This document shows, one piece after another, positions 1 to 9,855 of a stretch of 64,000 nucleotides of DNA. Every line of letters starts with the position of its first letter. Positions within the stretch are counted from its first letter, which is position 1. The stretch lies in IMG/VR virus record IMGVR_UViG_3300029996_000158; one strand, given 5' to 3'. Made by a program: the position numbers and the translations under genes. The notes beneath the pieces were generated by a model, which searched no databases, was not told the origin of the DNA, and saw only the letters and a list, made by a program, of their open reading frames with translations. Source of the DNA: a virus.

Positions 1-1
1 A

Positions 2-205
2 CCATTACCTAAAACTGGTTATAAATATAAAAGAAATATATATGATAGATTGAAAGATAAAGAATATTTATCTCCAAACAAATTACTAGACACCACTTTA
101 TCAATATTAAATAGGGAGATGGTGGACTTATCTTCATCAGAAAGAAGAGATTTATTACAATTGATAGTACCAATTATCTATAAGTATAATCAAAGTAAGG
201 ATTAA
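2..205 (+). CDS. partial CDS (3' end; continues upstream of window), unknown function
   Basis: Frame is open from the window edge to TAA at 203-205, 3 nt before the recA-like start. It is absent from the ORF track because there is no in-window start. Confidence 0.4.
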   Translation, partial: PLPKTGYKYKRNIYDRLKDKEYLSPNKLLDTTLSILNREMVDLSSSERRDLLQLIVPIIYKYNQSKD

Positions 206-208
206 ATC

Positions 209-2419
209 ATGGCAACTAAGAAAAAAGTTGGTATAAAAGTTCCAACAAAAAATGAGATATTAAAAAAGTATGGGGGCATGATAATACAGGCTTCTGATAC
301 AAAAGAACCAGGATTATGGTTACCATCAACTTTCCTTAATCTTAATTATACATTAGGTGGGGGTTTTCCTTGGGGGAAAGTAACTGAGATAGCTGGTGAG
401 GAGTCCTCGGGAAAAACTCTAATAGCATTAAATGCAGCTTATGCTTGTCAACAATTAGGGGGTTCAGTAATATGGGTAGATGCTGAACAATCATGGATGA
501 ATTCTTGGGCAGAATTAAATGGTATAAATCCAAATAAGGTAACTGTAATAAGGGATACTAGAATAGAATATATATCTGATGCTGTAGCAGATGTAGCTAT
601 ATATTTAAGGTCTCAATTAACACATAATGAACCAATATTATTGGTAGTTGATTCAGTTGCTGCAATTGATTGTTCTGATAATATAGATTCCAAAATGGTA
701 GATGGTAAAGCTGAGATGGGTGGAAGAGCAAAGGCTTTATATAAATATTTTAGAATCAGGAGTGAGTTATTTTATAAACTTGGGGTTACCCAAATATATA
801 TAAATCAGTTAAGGACTGCTTTAAATGTTGGTTTTGGTAAAGATAATACCTGTTTACATTATAATACCATGATACCATTTGTTGATGGTACTTCTATGAG
901 AATAGGGGATATTATTAAAAATAAGGTATCTAAAGAAGTTTGGAGTTATAATGAAAGTACTGGAAAATTTGAACCAAAACCAATAGTTGATTGGGTAGTA
1001 AAATCAGAAACTAAAAAATGGATTCAATTTAAAACTGAAGGACCAGAAACTGTTAATGGTTTTAATGGTTTTACTTGTACTTATACCCACCATTGTTTAA
1101 CCAATCATGGTTGGAAAAAAGCAATAGACATTGATATAAATGATAAATTAATATCCAAACAGAGGAGGGTTATAAATGGTACTTTAAAAGATTTTCTTTG
1201 GGGAACTATACCATTTGATTGTTCTCTATATAGTAATCATGGTAATCATACTACTAGACTTACATTTAGTAATGGGAAACAAGAAGATTATCTTATGTTT
1301 AAAACTGAAATGATAAGTAAAGCTTTCCCCATGAAAATGAAAGGTAATAATCCTTATAAATGGATTACTAAAGTTGGTTATACTGAATTACAAGAAATAT
1401 ATGATAAGATAGGTAAAGATAGAGACCCATTAAAATTATGGGATTTATCAAAACCCTTGTCACCAATTACCTTATCCATATGGTACATGGATGATGGTCA
1501 TAAATATAATAATTCTACAGTTGGTATATCCATATCCCCAAGAAGAACAGATATCAATAAGTTATCAAAATATCTATCTGATATATGTGGTTTGGATAAT
1601 AAAATATATGAACATGGTATAAAGTTTACCAATGATGGTTCAAAAAAATTAATGGAACAAATCCAGGAATATGTTATAGAGTCTATGCAATATAAAATGT
1701 TACCCGGATATACTGGTAAATATAAACCTTATTATTTAGAGTTTAAAGAAGAGTATATACCAATAGAAGTTGGTATTATATCCATAAATAAGGAGTTTAA
1801 TATTAAAAATAGAAGGTTTAAAAGAAGCTATAAGAGAAAAAAATATGATATTACTATACCAGATAATCATAATTTTCTAGCTGGTTCAAAAGAACAGGGT
1901 ATAGTAGTACATAATACCACTACTGGTGGTGCTGCATTAAAATTCTATGCTTCAATAAGGGTAGCTTTTTATTCAGGTAAAACCATAACAGTAAAAAATA
2001 AAGGTAAAGAAAGAAAAGCTGGTAAATTAGTAACAATTAGGGTTTTAAAGAATAAGGTTGCTCCCCCAAGACCCACTATTTCCAAAGCCCCAGTATTTTT
2101 CAATCCAAAATTTCATGAAGTTGGTTTTGATAGATGTTTTGGGTTAGAAGATGTTTTTGTAGAAAATGATATAATAGAAAAATCTTCTGGTGGGGTTTAT
2201 AAGTATAAAGGAAAAGTATTATGTAGGGGGGAAGAAAAATTCCAAAAGCTAATAGAGGAAGATGATGAGTTAAGAAGAAAACTTCTTAAGAAAGCTGGAA
2301 TAAATACTATTGGTTCAACCAGAAAACAATTGGAGAATTTAAAAGAGAATTATTACCCAGTGGATGATTCCTTAGAATATGAATCTTATGGCGAAGAAGA
2401 TGAAGAGAGTGAAGAGTAG
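209..2419 (+). CDS. recA: RecA-family recombinase interrupted by an in-frame intein
   Basis: Walker A GEESSGKT, VVDSVAA, INQLR..FGKDNT and (after the insert) TTGGAALKFYASIRV follow the RecA core order. A 355-aa insert separates the last two motifs. Confidence 0.9.
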   Translation: MATKKKVGIKVPTKNEILKKYGGMIIQASDTKEPGLWLPSTFLNLNYTLGGGFPWGKVTEIAGEESSGKTLIALNAAYACQQLGGSVIWVDAEQSWMNSWAELNGINPNKVTVIRDTRIEYISDAVADVAIYLRSQLTHNEPILLVVDSVAAIDCSDNIDSKMVDGKAEMGGRAKALYKYFRIRSELFYKLGVTQIYINQLRTALNVGFGKDNTCLHYNTMIPFVDGTSMRIGDIIKNKVSKEVWSYNESTGKFEPKPIVDWVVKSETKKWIQFKTEGPETVNGFNGFTCTYTHHCLTNHGWKKAIDIDINDKLISKQRRVINGTLKDFLWGTIPFDCSLYSNHGNHTTRLTFSNGKQEDYLMFKTEMISKAFPMKMKGNNPYKWITKVGYTELQEIYDKIGKDRDPLKLWDLSKPLSPITLSIWYMDDGHKYNNSTVGISISPRRTDINKLSKYLSDICGLDNKIYEHGIKFTNDGSKKLMEQIQEYVIESMQYKMLPGYTGKYKPYYLEFKEEYIPIEVGIISINKEFNIKNRRFKRSYKRKKYDITIPDNHNFLAGSKEQGIVVHNTTTGGAALKFYASIRVAFYSGKTITVKNKGKERKAGKLVTIRVLKNKVAPPRPTISKAPVFFNPKFHEVGFDRCFGLEDVFVENDIIEKSSGGVYKYKGKVLCRGEEKFQKLIEEDDELRRKLLKKAGINTIGSTRKQLENLKENYYPVDDSLEYESYGEEDEESEE
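851..1915 (+). mobile_element. intein with LAGLIDADG-type homing endonuclease domain inside recA
   Basis: First residue is Cys (TGT 851-853; CLHYNT). Also present: a TYTHH block-B-like motif, endonuclease motif LSIWYMDDGH, and C-terminal blocks YDITIPDNHNFLAG and GIVVHN followed by +1 Thr (ACC 1916). Excision restores FGKDNT|TTGGAALKF. Confidence 0.85.
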
Positions 2420-3329
2420 AGATAAACTACTTATGATAATAGATGGTTCTAATTTAGCACATAGAGCTTATCAAAAATTTGAAAACTTAAAAGCAAGTAA
2501 TGGTAAAAAAACTGGTTTAATATATGGATTCATGAGATTACTTAATTCATATATTATTAGGTTTAATCCAACTTATGTTCTAGTAACTTTTGATACTTTG
2601 CAAAGTAAATCTTCCAATTTTAGAAATAATCTTCTTGGAGGATATAAAGAGCATAGAAAAAAGAATAATTTATCAATGGATTATGAACAATTTAATTATC
2701 AATTACGTTCAGTGAAGAAGATGCTAAAGTATCTCAATATAACTGTAATATGGGATAATAAAGGTCTTGGTCATGAATCTGATGATTATATTGGTAAATT
2801 TGCTTTGGAATCAAAAGGTAAAGTATTAATAATATCCTCAGATAAGGATTTTTGTCAACTAATTGATGATAGAATAAAAGTATTCAATCCTTTTAGGGAT
2901 ATGAAATTAAACCAGAGAAATTGTAAAGATGTAATGGGGTATTCACCCAATGAATGTGTAGATTATCTATGTTTAGTGGGGGATAAATCAGATGATATCC
3001 CAGGATATAAAGGTATAGGAGAAGTAAAAGCAAGAAAATTTCTTGACCAATTTGGGTCTATAGAAAACTTTTTGGAATCTGATGGGGAATTCCCTGGTAT
3101 AGATAGGGAAGGTTTATCAGAATTGTATAAAAGAAATAAATCATTGATAGATATTAAAGTAGCTTTAAAAGAGTATCCAATTACTACTATACCAATATAT
3201 TATAATAAGAAAAATGAGATACTTCTTAAAAAGCTGATGGGTCAATTTAGTGAATATTCATTAAATTCATTTTTAACCAATGAGTTTCTAAAACCATTTA
3301 AGACTTTAAAACAATGGAAAAATATTTAA
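2379..3329 (+). CDS. 5'-3' exonuclease / flap endonuclease (Pol I N-terminal-like)
   Basis: Motifs LLMIIDGSNLAHRAY, ESDDYIG and LVGDKSDDIPGYKGIGEVKARKFL..FGSIENF (H3TH). Start is uncertain: in-frame ATGs at 2379, 2400 and 2433. Confidence 0.85.
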   Translation: MNLMAKKMKRVKSRDKLLMIIDGSNLAHRAYQKFENLKASNGKKTGLIYGFMRLLNSYIIRFNPTYVLVTFDTLQSKSSNFRNNLLGGYKEHRKKNNLSMDYEQFNYQLRSVKKMLKYLNITVIWDNKGLGHESDDYIGKFALESKGKVLIISSDKDFCQLIDDRIKVFNPFRDMKLNQRNCKDVMGYSPNECVDYLCLVGDKSDDIPGYKGIGEVKARKFLDQFGSIENFLESDGEFPGIDREGLSELYKRNKSLIDIKVALKEYPITTIPIYYNKKNEILLKKLMGQFSEYSLNSFLTNEFLKPFKTLKQWKNI

Positions 3330-3979
3330 GAATACAGATAGCTGGACCTTCTGGGGTAGGGAAAACTACCATAGCAAAAGATATATCTGATATATATGGT
3401 ATTCCTTATGTATCTGGTAGTTATTCTGATTTAATACCATCTACAAAAGATATATTACATTCTGATATGATAAGTATGGACCCAAAAGAAATATATAAAA
3501 ATGATTTTCAACTTTTAAACCTTAGAAAAAGGTTATTTGAAAATAATCCAACTTATGTATCAGATAGGTCTTTTTTGGATTCAGCAACTTATATAATAGA
3601 AAAGGTATCTAGTAAAATTCCAAATTGTGAGATAGAGAATTTTTTGGAAATATGTTTGACTTTGTTAATGAATACTTGTACACATCTTATATTTATACCA
3701 TTTACAAAAAGTTATTTTAAGGAATGGGAAATAGAGGATAATAATAAGAGAATAACCAATAAATATTACCAATATCATATATCATTATTGATGGAAGGTA
3801 TATTGAGTTATTTCAATTATACCAGAAGTTATTTATACAGTCATATGATTGATTCATTAGTTCCAATAAATTGTGGTAAAATAGAATATCTTGGTAAAAG
3901 CCTAAAAATATTAATTTTACAAGATATTGACCATAATATGAGAATGGATAAGGTAATGAAATTTCTAGAGTTAAATTGA
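3314..3979 (+). CDS. P-loop NTPase, nucleotide/nucleoside kinase-like
   Basis: Walker A GPSGVGKTT near the N-terminus; 16-nt overlap with the upstream gene. Confidence 0.5.
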   Translation: MEKYLRIQIAGPSGVGKTTIAKDISDIYGIPYVSGSYSDLIPSTKDILHSDMISMDPKEIYKNDFQLLNLRKRLFENNPTYVSDRSFLDSATYIIEKVSSKIPNCEIENFLEICLTLLMNTCTHLIFIPFTKSYFKEWEIEDNNKRITNKYYQYHISLLMEGILSYFNYTRSYLYSHMIDSLVPINCGKIEYLGKSLKILILQDIDHNMRMDKVMKFLELN

Positions 3980-3980
3980 T

Positions 3981-4937
3981 ATGAAAAAACCAATAGCTAT
4001 AGTATTTTCTGATTTACATATAAATAACTGGTCAAGATTTAATGATGATAAAAAAAGAACCCTGGAACAATTCAGGGTTCTTTCCATTTTAGGTAAAAAA
4101 AGTAGGAAATATAATGTACCCATTTTATTTTGTGGGGATTTTTTCCATAAACCAGAAACTATGGACCAGGAATTAGCAGAGATATGTTATAATGAGATAA
4201 GTAAATTGGATTTGAGGATAAGGGCTATATCCGGTAACCATGATATGAAAAAAGTTAGTAAAATTGGGGAAAAACCATTTAGTTGGTTATATACCTTACC
4301 AACAAATTTTGTTGATATCATGGATTATAAACAAGATATTTTATCATCATATAACCAAGATATAATATTACATGGGGTACCTTATATAGACCATAATATA
4401 GGGTTATGTGAATATCTTAAAAATATAAAACTGGATAAATCCAAAAAGCACATATTAATGCTTCATACTGACTATCCAGGAGCTAAAGATACTGATGATA
4501 GAGAAATAGATTCAGTGGAAAATCTAAATATAAATATACTCAATAGATTTGACCTTATCCTTTGTGGTCATATACATAAACCCCAAAGATTATCAAAAAA
4601 GGTTTATATGGTAGGAGCTCCAAATCAACAAAGGAGAACCGATATGAATTGTAAATTAGGGTACTGGTTAATAATGGAAGATTTTACCATGAAATTTGTG
4701 GAATTATCAGATTTTCCAAAATTCATAGATGTAGAATCAGAAGAGGATATTATAGATGATGGTAATTATTATACATTAATAACCAGAGAAACCATCATAG
4801 AATCCAATAATAAGATTCACAAGGGTTTATCAAAAAAGAAGTTGGTAAGGCTATACCTAAAATATAATAATATTAAGGATAAAGAGAGAAAAGAATGCTT
4901 ATTAAATATAATTAAAAAGGCAGAAGAAGATGATTGA
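3981..4937 (+). CDS. sbcD: Mre11/SbcD-like metallophosphoesterase nuclease (T4 gp47-like)
   Basis: Phosphoesterase motifs in canonical order: SDLH, GDFFH, GNHD, MLHTD, GHIH. Confidence 0.8.
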   Translation: MKKPIAIVFSDLHINNWSRFNDDKKRTLEQFRVLSILGKKSRKYNVPILFCGDFFHKPETMDQELAEICYNEISKLDLRIRAISGNHDMKKVSKIGEKPFSWLYTLPTNFVDIMDYKQDILSSYNQDIILHGVPYIDHNIGLCEYLKNIKLDKSKKHILMLHTDYPGAKDTDDREIDSVENLNINILNRFDLILCGHIHKPQRLSKKVYMVGAPNQQRRTDMNCKLGYWLIMEDFTMKFVELSDFPKFIDVESEEDIIDDGNYYTLITRETIIESNNKIHKGLSKKKLVRLYLKYNNIKDKERKECLLNIIKKAEEDD

Positions 4938-6642
4938 GTTCAAGAAAATAATAATAGAGGGATTTTGTTCCATAGGAACTCTAGAATTATCCTTAAATAA
5001 TAATGGGATAACCATTATAAGGGGGGCAAATGGTTTAGGAAAAACAACTATATTTTCAGCATTGGTATGGGTATTGTATGGTAAAACCCTAAAAGGTATA
5101 TCAGATGTAAATTTATGGAAAAAGTTTAGAACAAAAGATTATAATGGTACAAAGGTAGAAATATATTTTGAAAGTAATAATTCCATACATAAAATCATAA
5201 GATGCCAAAATTATACTGAAGATGTAGATGGTGCAAAGGGTGGTAGTAGACTTATATATCTTATTGATGCTGAACAGGTAAAAGAAAAAGGTAAGTTAAA
5301 ATTACAATCGCTTATAGAGAAAAATCTGGGAATGTCTTATAATCTTTTCATAAATTCAGTAATGTTTGGGCAAGGTATGAAAAGATTAATACAAGAATCT
5401 GGTTCTGATAAAAAACAGTTATTTGAGGAAATATTTGAACTAAATTATATATCAAAGGCAAGAAAGATTGCCCAAGATAAATATAATCAATTGAAGGTAG
5501 AATTAGATGGGTTATTAGAAAAATTAGAGAATAATCAGAGCTACATAGATTCCATACTTTCTGATTTGAATTATACCAAAAAGAAAAGGGATAATTTTAA
5601 AAGTGAATTAGATGATAAAATAAAATCCTATAAGGACAAAATTATCCTATCAACAAAGAGGGTAAATGAATTAGCTCTAAAGACCAATAAAGTTGATATA
5701 AATCAACATAATAAAACCATAGAGAATATAAAAAAGAAAATCTCATTATATCAGGGTAAGGTTAGTGAATTAAAGAAATTACAAAAAGTATCATTACAAG
5801 ATTTGGTAAATGAGGTAATTGAACTCCTGGAAAATAAAGAATATACTGAATCAATTTCCAAATTAAAAACCATAAGGGATTCATTTAATTCAACTGATAA
5901 TTATATTCTTAGAATTTCTAAGTTGCAGAATAAACTAACTAATGAAATAGAATCTAAAAATTCACTAGAAAAAACCATATTAACCCTAAAATATGCAAAA
6001 GAAGAAGTAAAATCATTGGAATCAAGGTTAAAAGAGTTAAAATCACAAAATCCAGATTTTGAATCAGTTATTGATAAACAATCCAAAAAGTTAAAAAATT
6101 ACAAACAATTAATCAGTAAGATAAAATCCCAAATTCAGGGATTAGAAAAACAAGTTAACCTATATAAATGGGCTTACTCAGAACCATTTGGAAATAATGG
6201 TATAAAAGCATTTATATTTGAATCCTCATTATCTGAGTTAAATAATTTGTTAAGTTCATACTCAGAAGTTTTAGGGTTTAATATTAAGTTTATGGTAGAC
6301 CTAAATTCTTCAAGAAAAGATTTTGTAGTAAATATAAATCTTGAAGGAGTAGAAGTATTCTATGAGGAACTATCTGGTGGTCAAAAACAGTTAGTTAATT
6401 TAGCTATGGCATTTGCAATGAACCAAATAATAACTCAATCAAAAGGGGTTAATATTGCTTTTCTTGATGAAGTATTTGAATCATTGAGTTATGATAACAT
6501 AGAAGTAGTTATTGGTCTTATAAAGAAAGTATATAGAGAAAAAACATTATTCTTAATAACCCATCACGAATCATTACCAATCCCAAATTCAAAAGTTTTA
6601 AATGTTAAAAGAGAACATGGTATCTCTGCCTATGAATTTTAA
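4930..6642 (+). CDS. sbcC: Rad50/SbcC-like SMC ATPase (T4 gp46-like)
   Basis: Walker A GANGLGKTT, a long coiled-coil middle, signature LSGGQKQ and Walker B FLDEVF. Overlaps the sbcD-like gene by 8 nt. Confidence 0.8.
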   Translation: MIEFKKIIIEGFCSIGTLELSLNNNGITIIRGANGLGKTTIFSALVWVLYGKTLKGISDVNLWKKFRTKDYNGTKVEIYFESNNSIHKIIRCQNYTEDVDGAKGGSRLIYLIDAEQVKEKGKLKLQSLIEKNLGMSYNLFINSVMFGQGMKRLIQESGSDKKQLFEEIFELNYISKARKIAQDKYNQLKVELDGLLEKLENNQSYIDSILSDLNYTKKKRDNFKSELDDKIKSYKDKIILSTKRVNELALKTNKVDINQHNKTIENIKKKISLYQGKVSELKKLQKVSLQDLVNEVIELLENKEYTESISKLKTIRDSFNSTDNYILRISKLQNKLTNEIESKNSLEKTILTLKYAKEEVKSLESRLKELKSQNPDFESVIDKQSKKLKNYKQLISKIKSQIQGLEKQVNLYKWAYSEPFGNNGIKAFIFESSLSELNNLLSSYSEVLGFNIKFMVDLNSSRKDFVVNINLEGVEVFYEELSGGQKQLVNLAMAFAMNQIITQSKGVNIAFLDEVFESLSYDNIEVVIGLIKKVYREKTLFLITHHESLPIPNSKVLNVKREHGISAYEF

Positions 6643-6672
6643 TTATTACTATTGGGTAATAAAATATTAATT

Positions 6673-7206
6673 ATGGCTAGAATAAATTCAAAAAATAAAG
6701 GCAGTAGATTTGAAAGAACCATTTGCAAATGGTTCCAGGATTGGACAGGATATGAATTCAATAGGGTACCAGCATCTGGGGGATTAAGATGGAAAAAAAC
6801 AGATAATATTACAAGTGATATTACTTGTACTGACCCAAAACATTCAAAGAGATTCAAATTATCAGTAGAATGTAAATCATATAATGATTTAAAATTTGAA
6901 CATATACTTTTAGGTAATAAGGGTTGTAAAATATTATCATTCTGGGAACAGGCTTCAAATGATGCAATTAGGGGAAATAAAATCCCAGTACTTATTATGA
7001 AGTATAATAATATGCCAAAAGGGGAAGCTTTTTTTGTTACTAATGATTTTTTATCTGGTATGATAATGAATCAAAGTTCCAAATTAACCAAACCAAGAAT
7101 GAGAATAGAGGTAAACAATGAATTACATCTAAACATATTTATGTTATCAGATATTATAAACATAAGCTATAAAACTTTATATAAAACCATTAAAAAATCA
7201 ATATAA
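6673..7206 (+). CDS. PD-(D/E)xK nuclease, Hjc-like Holliday junction resolvase candidate
   Basis: Pattern KGSRFER..RVPASGG..SDI..VECKS resembles archaeal Hjc-type resolvases. ATG 6673 is preferred over the TTG at 6652 used by the ORF track. Confidence 0.5.
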   Translation: MARINSKNKGSRFERTICKWFQDWTGYEFNRVPASGGLRWKKTDNITSDITCTDPKHSKRFKLSVECKSYNDLKFEHILLGNKGCKILSFWEQASNDAIRGNKIPVLIMKYNNMPKGEAFFVTNDFLSGMIMNQSSKLTKPRMRIEVNNELHLNIFMLSDIINISYKTLYKTIKKSI

Positions 7207-7919
7207 TGAAAACTAATACCCAATACGTTTATTGTATATGTAGGATAGATAAAAAACATTGGACAACTATCAATAGTGACCTTAAATGTGGAGGGTATAA
7301 GAATATAAAAGCTTATATACCCACTATAAGGATATTGAAGAAATCCAAGAATAATAAGAACTTTTATATAGAAGTACCATTATTATTTAATTATGGATTC
7401 ATAAGAATGTCATCAGTAAAAGCTTTTGACAGACAATATCTTAGAAAATTAAAAAAGGATATACCCGGGATACTTGGTTGGTTAAAATCCCTAGAAACTA
7501 TGCACCCAAAGAAAAAAAGGGCAAGAATAGATAATGCAGAAGACTTTGATGATTTTTCAAAAGTAGCAATTATAACCAAGGAAGAAGTAAAATACTACAA
7601 AAAGGTTTCAAAACAAAACAAGGTATATACTTCAGAGGATATAGTAAATTTGAAATTGGGTAGTTATGTAGTATTAAAAGGTTATCCTTTTGAAGGTATA
7701 GGTGCTACTATACTAGAAATAAATCTAAATTTAAAATTGGTAAAGGTTGCTTTATACCCGGATTCAGCAAATATAATTGTTCAAATACCAATGGACAATG
7801 TATTTTATTCTATTTATAATGACTTTGATGAGAATAAATTAATGGCTTCAAATGATTTTATACAAGAGAATATAGATAGTGAAAAGGTAGAACAATTTTT
7901 ATTAAATAACCAATATTAA
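7206..7919 (+). CDS. NusG/UpxY-like transcription elongation/antitermination factor candidate
   Basis: NGN-like N-terminus (YVYCI..AYIPT..EVPLLFNYGFIRM) plus a KOW-like segment (LKLGSYVVLKGYPFEGIGATILEI). Confidence 0.5.
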   Translation: MKTNTQYVYCICRIDKKHWTTINSDLKCGGYKNIKAYIPTIRILKKSKNNKNFYIEVPLLFNYGFIRMSSVKAFDRQYLRKLKKDIPGILGWLKSLETMHPKKKRARIDNAEDFDDFSKVAIITKEEVKYYKKVSKQNKVYTSEDIVNLKLGSYVVLKGYPFEGIGATILEINLNLKLVKVALYPDSANIIVQIPMDNVFYSIYNDFDENKLMASNDFIQENIDSEKVEQFLLNNQY

Positions 7920-7924
7920 TTTTT

Positions 7925-8863
7925 ATGGAACCATATATGGAAAAAGCTTGGGATTGTCTTACTGAGCAAGAACAAAATAGTTTATTTCTAAACCTTTCAA
8001 ATGGATTATCAGCTAGAGAAACTGGAGAGATTCTAAAAGTATCACATTATAAGTATTTAGAAATAAAAGCAAGGGCAGAAAAGTTATTCAAGTTATTTTC
8101 CGATTTTTTTAAGGTACATCCAAGTTTGATAAACCCATCTTCTTATATAGACCGAAGATTTGCTGATTATTTATTTGGTTGTATGGTAAAAAGATTACCA
8201 AAAGAAGAAGCCAAAATTCATACTGGTGATTCATCATTTTTACTTACTAAAATTAGTAATACCAAAATAGAGAAATGGATGTCAGTATTAAAACAATCTG
8301 AAGATAAATGGGATAAAGATTTATATGCTTTAATAATGGAATTTGATAGATGGAACAGTTATAGGATATTACCCAGAAAACTTCAAGCACCAACCCCATA
8401 TAAAAGAAGAACCAATAAGAAAGAAAAGGTTTATATAAAATATTTACACAGAATACCTGATTTTAAGGTTAGGGCTATGATAGATAAATATTGGAGCAAT
8501 GGTAAACCAGAAAATAGATATTATATATCTATTATATCAACCTTATTTGATGGTGGATATTCAATAGTACCAATAAAGAAGAATAACAATATATTATCTG
8601 AAATAACCAATATGAAAATCTATATATTCAATAATATCATGGATGCTGATATATTTGGGGTTCTAGTAAAAGAATTTTTTGAAAGAACCCAAGATTCAAA
8701 GTCTGGTTTAAAATTCTGGGAAGAGTACCGTTCCATTATAAAAACAGCTATTAATTATAGGGAGATTAATAATATGGATTTTACTTGTAGTAATTTAGAC
8801 ATGGCTTATAACCTAAAAAGAAAACCCATATCAAAACTACGAGAATCCAGGAAGAACCCATAG
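7925..8863 (+). CDS. DNA-binding protein with N-terminal sigma-70 region-4/LuxR-like HTH
   Basis: LTEQEQNSLFLNLSNGLSARETGEILKVSHYKYLEIKARAEKL resembles a region-4 HTH. The rest is unrecognised. Confidence 0.4.
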   Translation: MEPYMEKAWDCLTEQEQNSLFLNLSNGLSARETGEILKVSHYKYLEIKARAEKLFKLFSDFFKVHPSLINPSSYIDRRFADYLFGCMVKRLPKEEAKIHTGDSSFLLTKISNTKIEKWMSVLKQSEDKWDKDLYALIMEFDRWNSYRILPRKLQAPTPYKRRTNKKEKVYIKYLHRIPDFKVRAMIDKYWSNGKPENRYYISIISTLFDGGYSIVPIKKNNNILSEITNMKIYIFNNIMDADIFGVLVKEFFERTQDSKSGLKFWEEYRSIIKTAINYREINNMDFTCSNLDMAYNLKRKPISKLRESRKNP

Positions 8864-8880
8864 AATTTTTATATTATAAA

Positions 8881-8914
8881 TTTGCATATTATTATTATAT
8901 GTATTATATTTGCA
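8881..8914 (+). promoter_or_regulatory. Bacteroidota-type promoter (-33 TTTGCAT / -7 TAtaTTTGcat)
   Basis: TTTGCAT at 8881 and 8908 (27 nt apart), 44 nt upstream of the ATG at 8958. Confidence 0.6.
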
Positions 8915-8957
8915 TATCAAAATTAAAAAATAAAAACTAATTAAAAAACATTAAACC

Positions 8958-9266
8958 ATGAACAAAAGAGAAGAAAATCCATTAACCCTTTTAGGAGATT
9001 ATATCTCATCAATAGGGGAAGAATTGCAAAGAATAATAGGTACAAATAATTTCTCTATTGGGGAATACCATTACATAGATGATGATAATGGGGAAATAAC
9101 CCATTTCATAAGTATATACTCAAAGAGGAAAATTACAGAAAGTGAACAATTTTCTATAGTATCATCTTTGGAAGATAATGATATTACAGTATCAATTGAT
9201 ACTGATTTTGAATATGCTATGGAGAATATTGATACATATATTTATTATATAAGGATATACGCTTAA
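8958..9266 (+). CDS. hypothetical protein
   Basis: ORF directly downstream of a host-type promoter. Confidence 0.6.
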   Translation: MNKREENPLTLLGDYISSIGEELQRIIGTNNFSIGEYHYIDDDNGEITHFISIYSKRKITESEQFSIVSSLEDNDITVSIDTDFEYAMENIDTYIYYIRIYA

Positions 9267-9270
9267 TACT

Positions 9271-9855
9271 ATGGCAAAGAGGAAAAAAGAACACCATATT
9301 GCTGGTGGTAAAGACAAATTAAAATTAATATCCTCAGCTGGGGGATTTAGTAATATGACTTATAGAGATTGCAAAAGGAGAGCAGTTGCATTAGGTATGC
9401 CATTCCCAGATGCTTGTTCAGCAGATTGGGGAAGATTGCAATCATATATAATGAAGACCGAAAATAAACCAGATTTATCATTGATTGATAAATATGATGA
9501 TTGGGTAGATTCTATGCTAGAACAAGCTGGATATGCAAAAGATGACCCATTAAGAAGTTATCAATTAAGATTAGGTTTTATTTCTGAAGAGAAAGTAGAA
9601 GAAGGAAAAAGGAAAACCAAAAAGATAAGGGGGTTACCCAAATCTAAAAAACCAAAAAGAGAAAAAGACGAAAGCGGTTTATGGAAGGGTACAAAAAAAT
9701 CATATACTTATGAATTAACCAATAAAGGTTACACTTTGGAAAGAATAACTAGAAGAGTTATGAAGAAGTTTCCAGAGGCAAAACCAAAATCTATACAACA
9801 ATGGTATAGAGCTGCACTTAGGAAAAAAGGTATTGATTATAGGACTTTAAAATGA
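9271..9855 (+). CDS. hypothetical basic protein
   Basis: Co-oriented ORF with K/R-rich stretches (KRKTKKIRGLPKSKKPKREK). Confidence 0.6.
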   Translation: MAKRKKEHHIAGGKDKLKLISSAGGFSNMTYRDCKRRAVALGMPFPDACSADWGRLQSYIMKTENKPDLSLIDKYDDWVDSMLEQAGYAKDDPLRSYQLRLGFISEEKVEEGKRKTKKIRGLPKSKKPKREKDESGLWKGTKKSYTYELTNKGYTLERITRRVMKKFPEAKPKSIQQWYRAALRKKGIDYRTLK

